A stretch of DNA of 64,000 nt, taken from contig NC_058369.1 of the NCBI RefSeq assembly GCF_018350175.1, forward strand, positions 15,500,001-15,564,000, read 5' to 3'. Shown one piece after another: positions 1 to 12,184 of the stretch. A model generated the notes under the pieces. It did not search any database, was not told the origin of the DNA, and was given only the letters and a program-made list of their open reading frames with translations. This stretch comes from Felis catus (taxonomy: Eukaryota). The position numbers and the translations under genes are program-made. Numbering within the stretch: the stretch's first letter is position 1; the number at the start of each line of letters is the position of its first letter.

Positions 1-1587
1 ACAGCTGGACTGCTTCCTTAAACCAGTAATCACAATATTTATAAGTAGCTTGTAGATGAGCTGCCCAGCTTGCTGTTGACCTGCCCCCACACCAAGCCTT
101 CCACCCACGGGAGCTCGCTAAATCTGGAACAGTCCAGTGAGTTCAGCATTATTATCGGCCTCCTTTCACAGGCAGGCAGACAGGGGCTTGGGAGTGTAGT
201 TTGCTTGTGGCTGGTGACCTTGCTATTAAGTAGCGTGCTCCGCGCCCGAGCCCAGGACCGTGTGGGCCCACAGCCTTTGCTCCCGCCACCGCGTTAGTGT
301 CAGATTACCCCTTGCTCGGAGAGAACGCGTGTCAGAGACAGGACGCTGGCTGCGCATTGCACTCTTGTGTTGGGGCTGTGCGGTGGCAAAAGCTGGGTTT
401 TCAGAGATTCTCTGGTTGTGAACGCAGGAGAACAGCCTGAGGCGTGGAAGAGGGGAGATACGAGAGACCTGGATTAAAGGCTTTGATGCCTGAATTTCTG
501 AGCCGTTGACTCACACCAGTGTTTCTTGCCACATTCAGCAGTTGTGAGTAAGCCGCATGAGTCAGCTGGATCCAAGGAAAACGGCGGGGATCAAGAATGT
601 GAGAAAGGAAGAGTAGGCACGGGCTCAAGGAAGCCAGTGGGCGAGGAAGAAATCAGGAAGCAGCCAAAATAGACGAGCCGGGCAAAGGGCTGTGTGGGTC
701 GGCAGAGGGCAGAGGGGCAACATCGACTTGGTGCGTTGTTACAAGGGTCTCTTGTGTTCGTCTCTAGCAAAGCCCGTTCTGCCGAGGCCCCTGACTCGGG
801 GCCAGACTTGGTTTCCCAGATCAGACTTTGTGGGTCCAGAGGCCGTGAGGTCCCTGACAGTGGGAAACATCGGATTCTTCGTGCCTGTGACATTAGCAGG
901 GTCTGGGGTATCGGAGCCCTGTACTGTAGGGGTGACTCCCGCGTAACCCACGCCTACTTGCGACACGTATGTTCCAGGTGCGTGACAGCACACACACACG
1001 GTTTGGGTGGGTGTTCCGGTACGTGGGGGGGCACCGCGCCCTAATTAGCATGAAGACATTGTACCTGGTGCCTCATCTCTGAGCCAGAATTCTGGGTTTG
1101 GGGAATAAGGTCTTTTTTGGAGGTCTGAACTTTACTCTGGCACCATAGACGCTACTTGGGTCTCTGGCTCTCTTGCCAAGAGTGTCTGTTCTTTGCTTTC
1201 TTAAATGTTCTGTCTCTCAAATATTCTCTTAAATTTCTGTCCCCAACCCTGGCCCCGTGGTGGTGAATTCAGTGTGTCGGCTGGAATGGGCCACAGGTGC
1301 CCGGGCGTTTGGTCAAACATTATTCTGAGTATGTCTGTGAGGATGTTTCGGGAGGAGAGTAACAATTGGTAGGCCGAGTGAGTGAAGCAGATTTTTTTTT
1401 TTTCCCCCCTGACACGGGTGGTCCTTGCCCAATCAGTTGAAGGCCCGCACGGAACCAGAAAAGCTGACCTTCCCACAAGTAAGGGATTTCTTCGTGCCTG
1501 ACTGCCTTGAGTAGGGACATCCATTCTCCCTGCTTTCAGACTGGAATGACACTATCAGCTCTTCCAGGGCCTGTGGCTTGCCTACGG

Positions 1588-1733
1588 NNNNNNNNNNNNN
1601 NNNNNNNNNNNNNNNNNNNNNNNNNNNNNNNNNNNNNNNNNNNNNNNNNNNNNNNNNNNNNNNNNNNNNNNNNNNNNNNNNNNNNNNNNNNNNNNNNNNN
1701 NNNNNNNNNNNNNNNNNNNNNNNNNNNNNNNNN
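1588..1733. other. Assembly gap (146 N)
   Basis: Run of n; falls at the A-tail end of a SINE inside an LTR. Confidence 0.99.
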
Positions 1734-1894
1734 GGAAAGGGGCAGAGAGAGAGAGGGAGACACAGAATCCGAGGCAGGCTCCAGGCTCTGAGCTGTCAGC
1801 ACAGAGCCCGATGTGGGGATCAAACTCACGAACCACGAGATCATGACCTGAGCCGAAGTCGGACGCTTAACCGACCGAGCCACCCAGACACCCC
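1734..1894 (-). mobile_element. Can-SINE (SINEC_Fc-type), tail lost in gap
   Basis: Reverse complement of the GGGG..TGGGTGGCTC tRNA-like head and (CT)n region. Confidence 0.9.
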
Positions 1895-2344
1895 TGAACC
1901 AATTCCTTTTAATAAATCTCTCTGTTTCTGTCTGTACATATACACATGGGCACGTGCATACACGTGCATGCACACACATATGCACATACCCTCCAGGTTC
2001 CATGCCTCTGCAGACCCCTGGCTAATAAGGACCCTTTCGTATTTCCTCTGCATTGTCTTCCCTTCCCTCCCTACCTTCTTCCTCCTTTGTGTCCCCTCAC
2101 TGACGATTTCTTTGCACCCACAGCCTCCATCATGGAATCCATGGGGCTTCTGTGCTCCTGTACGATGCAGACCCCTGACTGCACCTGCACGGATCCTGCT
2201 TCCGAGGCTTGTGTGCATGTGCATGATGGACATCCTGGGGGATCTGCCACAGTCACCTGGGAATGTGTCTGTGTTTGCCTCACCACCCACCCCCCCTTTA
2301 CCTTCCTTTGGCCTGTAGCTCCCTATTTCCTGAACTCTAGATTC

Positions 2345-2726
2345 GAAGCATCCACTGTGGCAGCCAATGGCCACACGTGACTTTTGAGCACTTGAAATGT
2401 GGCCAGTGTGACTGAGGAATCGAATATCGTATTTTATTTTGTTTTCTCTTGAGAAAAATTTTTAATGTTTATTTATTTTTGAGAGAGAGGGAGAGGCCGA
2501 GTGCAAGGGGGGGAGGGGCAGAGAGAGAGAGGGAGACACAGAATCTGAAGCAGGCTTCACCAGCGCGGGGCTTGAACTCCCGGAGCCTGAGATCATGACC
2601 TGAGCTGAAGTCGGACGCTTAACCCACTGAGCCACCCAGGCGCCCCTACATCATATTTTGTTTTAATTGAAGTTTTAAATTTAAATAGCCACATGTGGCC
2701 AGTGGCTGCCATATCGCACAGTGCAG
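2345..2726. mobile_element. MER3-like hAT-Charlie MITE split by a Can-SINE (2455-2646, minus strand)
   Basis: GAGCACTTGAAATGTGGCCAGTGTGACTGAGGAA and TTTAAATAGCCACATGTGGCCAGTGGC. Confidence 0.75.
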
Positions 2727-3659
2727 GTAAAGTCTCTGATTCCTAAACCTTATTAACTCCCTTATGGATATGAGATGATCGGTGAAGCTTATTATGTTTC
2801 GTACTTTATACATCGCAAAGGTAACCCTCACCACGTGGCTGCCAGACTCAGTTCCGAGAAGGCACCAAGGCTGGGTGGCGATCCCGTGGCCCGGTTTTCG
2901 AGGACCGGATGCACCTCCAGGGCACCGACCGGCCTGGGAATCCGGCAGGTGCGGTGCTGGAGCAGAGAGTGCAGGCTTCCCTGTGATCAGGGCAGTGGGG
3001 ACAGCTGTGCCCAAGCAGAGCAGCACAGCCACCATTGTTGGGTTGAACGATGCCAGCAGGGTCCCGGGAGGCCCCATTTGGGGAAGACCCTTCTGGTTCT
3101 TATGTGGATCCCTGCTGATCCCTCCCGACTGTCTTGGGTCCTGTTCGCTGGCCTGCCATCTCCATCCACACAGCCGGCCTCTGAGCACAGCTTTGTGGGG
3201 ACCAGTCCCCGGCTCAGAGGCCTCTGCCACTTCTTGCCTTAACAGCACAGTCCAGTTCCTTCGCTTAGCATTGAACCCATTCCTTAAGCCAGCTCGGACT
3301 CCTTGCCTGTCTTCTGTCTCGCCGCTGCCTCCTCTACCCGCCATCCCGCAGAGCCTCCTGGCCCCACGGAACATGCCCGCCCTTCCTGGTGCCCGTCACC
3401 CTCACCTTTCATCCCCACCTTGGTGAATGCCGCTCTCCAAGGTGCTGTCCTCCTGTGTTTAATTTTTTGAGGAATTGTTTCGCCAAGTGGCTGCAGCATT
3501 TTCCATTCCTACCAGCAGTGTGTGAGGATTTCGGTATCCCCACATCCTTGCCAACACTTGTGATTATCTGACCCTTTGATTCTTAACCATCCTAATGTGA
3601 AGTTGAATCTCAGTGCGGTTTGGTTTGCGTTTCCCTGACTAATGATGTTGAGTACCTTT

Positions 3660-3837
3660 CTTTAAACATTTATGTTTTGGGAGAGTGCAGGTAGAGGAGG
3701 GGCAGAGAGGGGGAGACAGAGGATCTGAAGCAGGCTCTGTGCTGACAGCAGCGAGCTGGTGCGGGGCTCGAACTCACAAACCGTGAGATCATGACCTGAG
3801 CCCAAGTCAGACGCTCAACTGAGCCACCCAGGTGCCC
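3660..3837 (-). mobile_element. Can-SINE with TSD TGATGTTGAGTAYCTTT
   Basis: SINE body flanked by a direct repeat. Confidence 0.9.
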
Positions 3838-4332
3838 TGATGTTGAGTATCTTTTCACGGACTGATTTGCATGTCTTATTTGGAGAAATGTCTGTTCAGA
3901 TCCTTTACCCATTTTTTCATTGGGTTTTTAATCTCTTTATTTTTGAGTTTTGATAGATTTTATATGTGTTGCATATGAGTCTCTAATATATGATTTATAA
4001 ATATTTTCTCTCCTATGCACTGTCATTTCCCTTTCTTGATGTTCTTATTTGCAGCACAAAAGTTTTAAATTTTGATGCAGTCTAATTTATCTATTTTTTT
4101 TCTTTTGTTTCTTGTGTTTTTGGTGCTTTGTATAAGAAAACAGTGCCCAACCCAAGGTCATGAAGACTCATGCCCATATTTTCTTCTGAATGTTATAGTC
4201 TTAGCTCTTAAGTTGAAGTCTTTAATCTATTTTGAGTTGGTTTTTATATGGTTTGAGGTAGGGGTTCCACTTCATTCTTTTGCACATGGATATGAAGTGT
4301 TCCCAGCATTGTTTGTTGAAGAGACCACTATT

Positions 4333-4540
4333 GGGACATCGGGGTGACTCAGTCAGTTAAGCATCTGATTCTTGGTTTCAGCTTATGTCATGATCTTACA
4401 GTTCCATGAGATCAGTGCACAGCCTGCGTGGGGTTCTCTCTCTCCTCTGTCTCTCTGCCCCTCCCCACTTGTGTGCCCACCCTCGCACTCTCTCTCTCTC
4501 AAAATAAATAAACACGAAAAAACAAAGAAAAAGAAAAGAC
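4333..4540 (+). mobile_element. Can-SINE (diverged)
   Basis: tRNA-like head, (CT)n, A-rich tail. Confidence 0.85.
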
Positions 4541-4956
4541 TACTCTTTCTCCATTGGATTGTCTTGGCAAATGTGTCCAAAATGAATTGACCCTAAAAGT
4601 AAGGGTTAGTTTCTGGTCCCTCAATTGTTTTTTTTTTTCTATTGCTCTAGTCAATTATCTTTGAAAGAGATTTAACTAATAAGAAAAAAATCTCATTTAT
4701 CCATGCAGTTGTTGCTATTTCTGGTCTTTTTCATTTCTTGTTTAGATCCAGATTTTCATCTGGTACCATTTTCCTTCTTAAAGGCCTTCAACTTTTTTTT
4801 TTTTTTAATAGTGCAGATCTGCTGGTAATGAATCCTTTCAGCTTTTGTATGTCTGAATTCATCTTTATTTCGTTTTTGAGTTTCAAGAACATTTTTTCTG
4901 GGGCTAGAGAATTCTAGGTTGATAATTTTTTCTTCTACTTTAAAGATATTGTTCCA

Positions 4957-5420
4957 GGGGTGCCTGGGTGGCTCAGTCGGTTAAGCAGCCGACTTTGGCT
5001 CAGGTCATGATCTCACGGTCCGTGAGTTCGAGCCCCGCGTCGGGCTCTGTGATGGCAGCTCGCAGCCTGGAGCCTGCTTCGGGTTCTGTGTCTCCCTCTC
5101 TTTCTGCCCCTCCCCTGCTCATGCTCTGTCTCTGTCTCTGTCTCTCTCTCAAAAATAAATAAACGTTAAAAAAATTTTTTTTTAATTTCTAAAGATATTG
5201 TTCCATGAGGCACCTAGGTGCTCAGTTGGTTAAGCGGCCGACTTCAGCTCAGGTCATGATCTCATGGTTCATGAGTTTGAGCCTCACATCGGGCTCTGTG
5301 CTGACAGCTCGGAGCCTGGAGCCTACTTCAGATTCTGTGTCTCCCTCTCTCTCTGTTCCTCCCCCGCTCACACTCTGTCTCTCTCTCAAAGGTAAATAAA
5401 CATTGAAAAAAAAATAAAAT
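4957..5420 (+). mobile_element. Two tandem Can-SINEs (4957-5190, 5207-5420)
   Basis: Two full bodies separated and flanked by TAAAGATATTGTTYCA. Confidence 0.92.
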
Positions 5421-7379
5421 AAAGATATTGTTTCATTGTTTTCATCAGAAATCCGATGTCCACTTTATCTGTTTCTCTATAGGTAACATATCTTCTTTCT
5501 CTGTCTGCTTTTAAGTTTTCTGTCATTGATCTTGAGAAATTTGATCATGATGTCTCTTGGTGTCTTTTGTATGTTTCCCATGCTTGGGGTTTGTTGAGCT
5601 TTTTGGATGTGTGAGTTTATAGTCTTTGCAAATCCGGAACATTTCTGGTCGCTGCTTCTTCACGTTTTTCTGCCGCGCCTTCCCCCTGCCCTCTCCTCTC
5701 CTTCAGGGACTATGTTACCCCTTTTGACGACTCTTTGTTAAATTCAATAAATTGGCCTGTAAATTAAATCTTAATTAAGGTTGTCTCACAGCTCCCTTAT
5801 GTTCTTCTTATTCTTAAAATTCTTTTACATTTTGAGGAAGAATGTTTCATTCTCAAACGAATGTTTCATTTTGGCCATTGAGCAGCCAGTTTTTATTATT
5901 ATTAAGCCTTTAGATCCACTTATCTTTTCCCTTGTAGTGTGCAGTGTCCTAATCCCATCCAGAGTGTTTTTCATCTCCAATACTTTAGTTTTCATCTTTG
6001 GCCACTCATTTTGGGCATTTTTAAAGATTTTCCATGTCGCTATTTAACTTTTTGGACATATGAAATACGGTAACAATAACTTGTGTCTCTTTTTCTAGTG
6101 ACTCTAAGATTTGTGTCTGATCTGCCTGGATTTCTGTAGACTGACTCTTTTCTTAATTATGGGTTGTCTGTCTTGCCTTTCAGTGTGCCTGGTAATCTTT
6201 GACTGGATGCCAGACATTGTCAATTTCACCTTGTTGAGTCCTGGGTATTTTTGTATTCCTTTGAATCTTCTTGAGCTTTTCAAGGATGTAGGTAAGTTAT
6301 TTGGAGACAACGATGTTTCTGGAGCAGAGGGCTCCAGGGCAAAACCTTCTTGAGCATTTCACTCAATACCCAGTACTCACGGATTACAAGTTTTCCCACT
6401 CTGGCTGGTGGGAATAGGCACTGTTTTCGGCCCTTGTCAGTGACTTTCTCCCCCGGGCTTGGTTAGTTTCTTCACAGGCATGTGCTGATCCAAGACCTGC
6501 CGAATACTCAAAGGAGACCCTCTGCAGGTCTCCAGGATTTTTTCTCTGTACAGCGTTCTCTGATCCAGATGATCATTGTCTGGAGTAGTAGGAATGGAAA
6601 ACAAAAGAGAGATGGATTTGTAAAACTGTAAGGAAAAAAAAAAAAAGACTTGGGAGCAGCCAGTGAGAAGAGAATTGGGTTGGGGAGCAGGTCTACTCGT
6701 AGCGTGGTCTCCGACAGTGTGGTCAGTAAGGCGAGAAGCGCAGAAATTGTGACCATTTAGAAACGTTTGCAACAATTTGACGGAGTAGATTGGAGCTTGG
6801 CTTTGATGTTTCGTTGTCCCACACTGTTGTATTTTCCAAGAAAAGAAGTCTGACAGATGGAAATGAAAAACAAAACAAAAACCTGGCCCTTTACCGCAGG
6901 TAAACTGAGAAAGAAGGGGCGACCGGAAGGTTTGGGCAGAGAGAGATGGGGGCGGATGAGATTTTTAGCTCATGTAGGTTTCCGGTGAGGAAACTGAAGG
7001 TCTTGATGGGATCCTGGCAACAGTGACTTCCGCTAAACACTTAGTATGAGCAAGCACTGCATTGGGCTCCCTACTGCGAACCCCCTGCTTTCTCCCTCTC
7101 CACAGCACTCTCTACCAAGGAACCCCCAGGGCCGGGTGACCGGCCGACCTCTGGTTTCTGGGAAAGTGGCAAAGCCAAGGACCCTCCCCTGTGTGCTTTT
7201 CTGTTTTCCACCTTCTTCCCGGTTCCTCGGCCCCCTGAGGCTGCGCGAGCCTAGGAAATCCAGGTTGATCGGTTCATTTGCACGGAACCAATTTGATTGG
7301 CTTTTCACTTGGTTGGTATTAGGAGTTCATTAAGGGTTAACCTGTTCTGGACGAAGCTGTTTGAAGAGGCAGATCGGGG

Positions 7380-7590
7380 AGAATTTTGTTCGATAAAGCA
7401 AAAATGTTCCCTAGCTGCCCTGGTCACAAGTGGCCACTGGCTACTTGAAATGTTCTCGTTCAAGTCCTTGAACTGAATGTTCAGTGGTATTTTATTTTTA
7501 ATTAACTTAGATTTACATAGGAATGGCTACCTAGGGCTGGGGACCAAGGCAACCAAGCTGGTAGAAGTGACCGTCTTGGGACAGCACAAT
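7380..7590. mobile_element. Degenerate MER3-like element
   Basis: GTGGCCACTGGCTACTTGAAATG..GAACTGAAT..ATTTTATTTTTAATTAA..GGACAGCAC. Confidence 0.5.
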
Positions 7591-7653
7591 AAAAATAAAA
7601 TCTAAACAGTTGCTAATTTTTACAATAAAAACGGAATCTAAACAGTTGCTAAT
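7586..7653. repeat. Tandem duplication, 36-nt period
   Basis: ACAATAAAAA-N3-AATCTAAACAGTTGCTAAT twice. Confidence 0.85.
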
Positions 7654-8193
7654 GTGTACTTCCTTTCTGCAGGGAACTCCTCTCATTGTCCGGAAAACCT
7701 TGCATTTTTATTTTTCTTCGGGAAGATATTCTGGACACTGAAATTTGTGATGAAGTCTTCCAGCCAAGGGCCAATTACTTTTCCAGAGTAGACGAGCCGT
7801 TTCTATTTCTAGAAGGAAAGGAGAACGTTAGGTTTTATTTGTCAGGTCAGACGGCCGCCCTCTCTTTGCGACACCTGTAACTGTTGTCACAGCTACGCTG
7901 GCTTCATCCACATTTTTCTCTTTTCAGCTGAAGGGGGCCCTGAAGGCAAATATAAAATAGCCACTTGCTGTCCGTAGGAGGTGGCTTTTTGACGAGTTTG
8001 TACGCTTATTTGTCAATATTTTGTAAACTGTTGTTGTGATGGAAAAATAAATAGCAACTATGACTCTTCCAGAGCTCTGGGAAAACTGTTTATTTGGTAT
8101 GGTTTTGGTGTGCACGTGACTAGGTGTTTGACCAGGAGGAATCACGTTAAACGGGAATGCTGGTTCAGAGAGCAGCCCGGGGCAGCCCCTATC

Positions 8194-8330
8194 GGAGCGG
8201 TTCTCAAAGTGTGGTCCGCGGACCAGCGCCTGCAGCGTCACGTGGGAAGGGGCACGTTCTCAGGCCCCTCCCAGACCTGCTACGTCAGAGTCTCCGGGGA
8301 TGGGGCTCGGCAGGTGGTTCTGAAGCATGG
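8194..8330. mobile_element. MER5A-like fragment
   Basis: GGTTCTCAAAGTGTGGTCC..TTCTCAGGCCCCTCCCAGACCTGCT. Confidence 0.6.
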
Positions 8331-8574
8331 AACTAAGCCCCTCGACCCTTCCATTTTGTCCTCTGTACGAGCACTGACACAGCCACGGCTGGCTCCCTGG
8401 TGTCGCGCCTCTAGGCGGGTGCCGCTGTAGGAAGTGAGTGAGGACCGCGGAGCTCATCCCCATGCAGGGCAGTGGAGTGAGGAGGAGGTTTGATCGGGAA
8501 GGCCAGGAGATCCGCCTTTCCCCTGCCTAGTTGACAGATACTCCTTTGGGTTTGTTTGTTTGATTGATTTAATT

Positions 8575-8593
8575 TAAAAAAATTTCATTTATT

Positions 8594-8639
<46 letters not shown>

Positions 8640-8979
8640 TGGGGCTGGGGGTGGGGGGGCAGACAGCGAGGGAAACACAGAATCCAAAGCAGGTTCCAGG
8701 CTCTGACCTATCAGCACGGAGCCTGACGCGGGGCTTGAACCCACAAACTATGAGATCATGATCTGAGCCACGCAGGTGCCCCACTTTTTAAATTTTTTTT
8801 AAACATTTACTTATTTTTGAGAGAGAGAGAGCACGCGCACATAGGGGAGGGGCAGAGAGCGGGAGAAGGAGGATCCCAGGCAGGCTCTGCAGTGTGACCA
8901 CGGCACTCGTTGTGGGGCTCGAACTCACGAACCGTAAGATCATGACCTGAGCCTAAATCAAGACTCACCCAGGCGCCCC
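8575..8979 (-). mobile_element. Two tandem Can-SINEs
   Basis: Two antisense bodies; outer TSD AGATACTCCTTTGGG. Confidence 0.88.
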
Positions 8980-9644
8980 GAGAGATACTCCTTTGGGGAC
9001 AAAGAGGGTCTAGTGTGGTGGGAAGTGTGCTTGCTGACTTTGCTCCAGAGAGCCGCGTTCAAGTCCCATCTCTCCTACCTCCTTGTAGCCACAGTAGGTG
9101 TTTGCCTGACTGACTTGGCTGTTGCATGAACAGGGTAGGTGGCGTTAAACTGCGTCAAGTACAGGTCAGTCAAGTACAGGTCACGTTGTTGCAGATGAGT
9201 GTGCGACAACGACCCGAGCGAGCCAGCTGGCTGCCTCCACCAGCCAGCCTGGAGTCCGTGCGCTGTGCGGTCCCACCTGTGCTGGTGCTGGCTGTGGTTT
9301 GGTGCCACCTAGTGGTGGTTGGCTGCTCCCAGCGTGTACGACCGTGGGTTCCGGATCCGGCACCTCAATGGAATTTTGAGGACGGTGAGGGATTCCAGGA
9401 ATTCCCAGGTTAGTTGGTGTCTGTGTCATTGGCCAGATCTGGAGTGAATCAGCCTCAAGAATACTTTCCCTGCCTGGCCCCACCTTCCCCTCGTTGTGCC
9501 TGCACTGGAAGATGGGAGCCAGTCACCAAACACATTACAGCCTCAGGAGGGCCGTCACAAGGGACTTTTATAGAATTGTCAAGCCAGTGAAGTGAGATAC
9601 AATGTAAAGTGCCCAGTACATAGAAAGTGCTTTAATATAAGGGG

Positions 9645-10055
9645 TTTTTTTAATGCTTATTTTTGAGACAGAGAGAGAGAGAGAGAGAGAAAGAGAACAT
9701 GAGTGGGGGAAGGACAGAGAGAGAGGGAGACACAGAATCCGAAGCAGGCTCCAGGCTCTGAGCTGTCAGCACAGAGCCCAACCCGGGGCTTGAACTCATG
9801 AACTGAAGTTGGACGCTTAACTGACTACGCCACCCAGGTGGTCCTGTATCACATTTTTATGAAGAGAAAAGGAGGGGCGCCTGGGTGGCTTAGTCAGTTA
9901 AGCGTCCGACTCTTGGTTTCGGCTCAGGTCACGATCTCACAGTTCGTGAGTTCAAGCCCCACATTGGGCTCCGTGCTGTTAGCTTGGAGCCTGCTTGGGA
10001 TTCTCTCTCCTCCTCTCTCTCTGCCCCTCCCCTGCTTGTGCGTGTGCGCATGCGT

Positions 10056-10094
<39 letters not shown>

Positions 10095-10120
10095 ATAAAT
10101 TAATAAACGTTAAAAAGAAA
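9645..10120. mobile_element. Inverted Can-SINE pair (9645-9840 minus, 9874-10120 plus)
   Basis: Head-to-head bodies about 35 nt apart. Confidence 0.88.
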
Positions 10121-10604
10121 AGGAAACCCAGAAAGTTGGGAGTGGTCCTGGGGTGTCATTTCCAGCGATTCCCAAGGATAATTAATTCCTGTGTATGTGC
10201 CCTGCTCCATGATACTGACGCGGGAGTGTTATTTTTGCCTCATTCTGCGCAAATGGCTTCCATGCTTGCTGCAGCCTGCAGGGGGCGGTCGTGCACCTCT
10301 CCATAGAAGGCACATGGTAGGACAAGGGCAGAAAGGGGGGTGATGATGCCGTGACATGTGGCAATGTTAACGTTTCTTAAACTTGTTAATATAGGAAAGT
10401 TCTAAATACGGCACTTGAAACCCAGAAGGCGATCAACAGATGTTAGGTTTGTTTGTGTTTTCTCCTACTGATAAAATACTACCAAATGTGGTGTGGGACC
10501 CAGTTTCTGAACTTAGATGGTCTTTTAAGACTGAGCTAAAAAGTGGAGTTTGAGTCCTTCAGAGCACGCCCACCGTTTTCCCGTGGGGAGCCCTCAGTTA
10601 TTTT

Positions 10605-10796
10605 AAGATTTTGTTTTTAAAGTTGATTTTGAGAGAGAGAGAAAGAGAGAGAGAGAGAATCCCAAGCAGGCTCTGTGCTGTCAGCACAGAGCCGGACGAG
10701 GGGCTCAAGCTCTCCCAAACCGTGAGACCGTGACCAGAGAAGAAATCAAGAGTCAGACACTTGGATGCTTAACTGACTGAGCCACCCAGGTGCCCC
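10605..10796 (-). mobile_element. Can-SINE
   Basis: Antisense body ending GAGCCACCCAGGTGCCCC. Confidence 0.85.
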
Positions 10797-10798
10797 CT

Positions 10799-11014
10799 CT
10801 ATAATAATAATATAAATTATATATTATTAATAACATAATTGATATATAATTATTATTATATTACCATATATTATATAATATATGTTAATATATAATTGAT
10901 ATATATTAATGTTAGTGTATATTAATAATATAATACATTACATATTAACAATATAATATATATTATATATGTATATATTGTAATGTATTGTATTATAATA
11001 TATATTTTATTATA

Positions 11015-11046
<32 letters not shown>

Positions 11047-11062
11047 CTACTACTACTATTAT
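10799..11062. repeat. AT-rich low-complexity tract ending in (TTA)n/(CTA)n
   Basis: About 260 nt of almost pure A/T. Confidence 0.95.
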
Positions 11063-11702
11063 TTTGGAATAAAGGAAAAGCAAATGTAGCCTTTAAGCCC
11101 TTCCTTTGGCCCCTGGGGTCTAGACACAGGACTTCTCAGCTCTGGGGATTGGCAGCCACAGTATTTGTCTAGCCAGCTGGGCAGTTTTGTAAAGGATGAT
11201 TGAAGTCCTACCTGCTCATTCTTAAAAGTTTGGGGAAGCACAGGACAGTCTAAAGAAGCAAACAATTAGCAAATACCTTCCTCCTCCCCGCAACCATGCA
11301 GTTACCCTGTATGTCCACCAGAGGCACTATTGGTCTTGGGCAGATTTTTTTTTTTTCCAGTCTTTTTTTTTTTTTCTTTGAATTTCTTCTTTACGTAGTT
11401 GAAATACACAGTTTTTAGATCTTGCTTTCTTACTTTTCATGTTATTACTTCAGGGGTTTCTTTCAACAATTACAGTATTGTTTTTCAAATTGCTGAATAC
11501 AGAATTCCAGAGAAACATGCTATAAGAGCGTATAAAAGCAAACAGTGAAATTCTAATACCATCTCCTGGTGTCCCTGGTACTAGAAAAAACTTTTCAAAT
11601 GTTGAAACGTCTAAAGCAGTAAGAGAAATTCCCCTTAATGCAACATACCAGTGCTGCATTTACTAGACACTTTTAAATAATTATCCTCTTGAAAGCACAC
11701 GC

Positions 11703-12184
11703 GGGGGCGCCTGGGTGGCTCAGTCCACTGAACCACCAACTCTTGGTTTCGGCTCAGGTCATGATCCCACAGTTTGTGGGTTTGAGCCCCACATCTGGCC
11801 CTGTGCTGGCAGCACAGAGCCTGCTTGGGATTCTCTGTCTCTCTGCCCCTCCCCTGCTTGTGCTGTCTCTGTCTGGTATTTTGAGTAACCTTGTATAGTG
11901 AAAGCATTTGCAGCATCACTATAGCAGTTATTTGAACGGTATTTTATTTTATTTTATTTATTTATTAAAAAAAATTTTTTTTTAACGTTTATTTATTTTT
12001 GAGACAGGGAGAGACAGAGCATGAACGGGGGAGGGTCAGAGAGAGGGAGACACAGAATCTGAAACAGGCTCCAGGCTCTGAGCTGTCAGCACAGAGCCCG
12101 ACGCGGGGCTCAAACTCACGGACCGCGAGATCATGACCTGAGCTGAAGTCGGCCGCTCAACCGACTGAGCCACCCAGGCGCCCC
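11703..12184. mobile_element. Can-SINEs: 11703-11876 plus (no tail), 11945-12184 minus (TSD TTGAACGGTATTTTA)
   Basis: SINE bodies in tail-to-tail orientation. Confidence 0.88.

Larger units (their letters stand above)
1255..2028 (+). mobile_element. ERVL solo LTR, MLT2B-like, interrupted by the gap and a SINE
   Basis: TTTGGTCAAACATTATTCTG, CCAATCAGTTGAAGGCC and CCAATTCCTTTAATAAATCTC resemble the MLT2B consensus as recalled. Confidence 0.75.
3425..6560 (-). mobile_element. Old L1 (L1M-type) fragments, antisense, interrupted by four SINEs
   Basis: T-rich, with typical L1 3' antisense motifs (CATTCCTACCAGCAG, CACATCCTTGCCAACACTTG, TTGGAGAAATGTCTGTTCAGATCC). Confidence 0.75.

Noticed and set aside
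4968-5162. Recurrent MAQSVKRPTSAQVMISR.. peptide family across the window
   Set aside because: Translations of Can-SINE bodies, not a gene family
10799-11062. AT-rich tract as a numt, foreign DNA or replication origin
   Set aside because: Degenerate (TA)/(TAA) simple sequence beside a SINE; no coding or tRNA similarity
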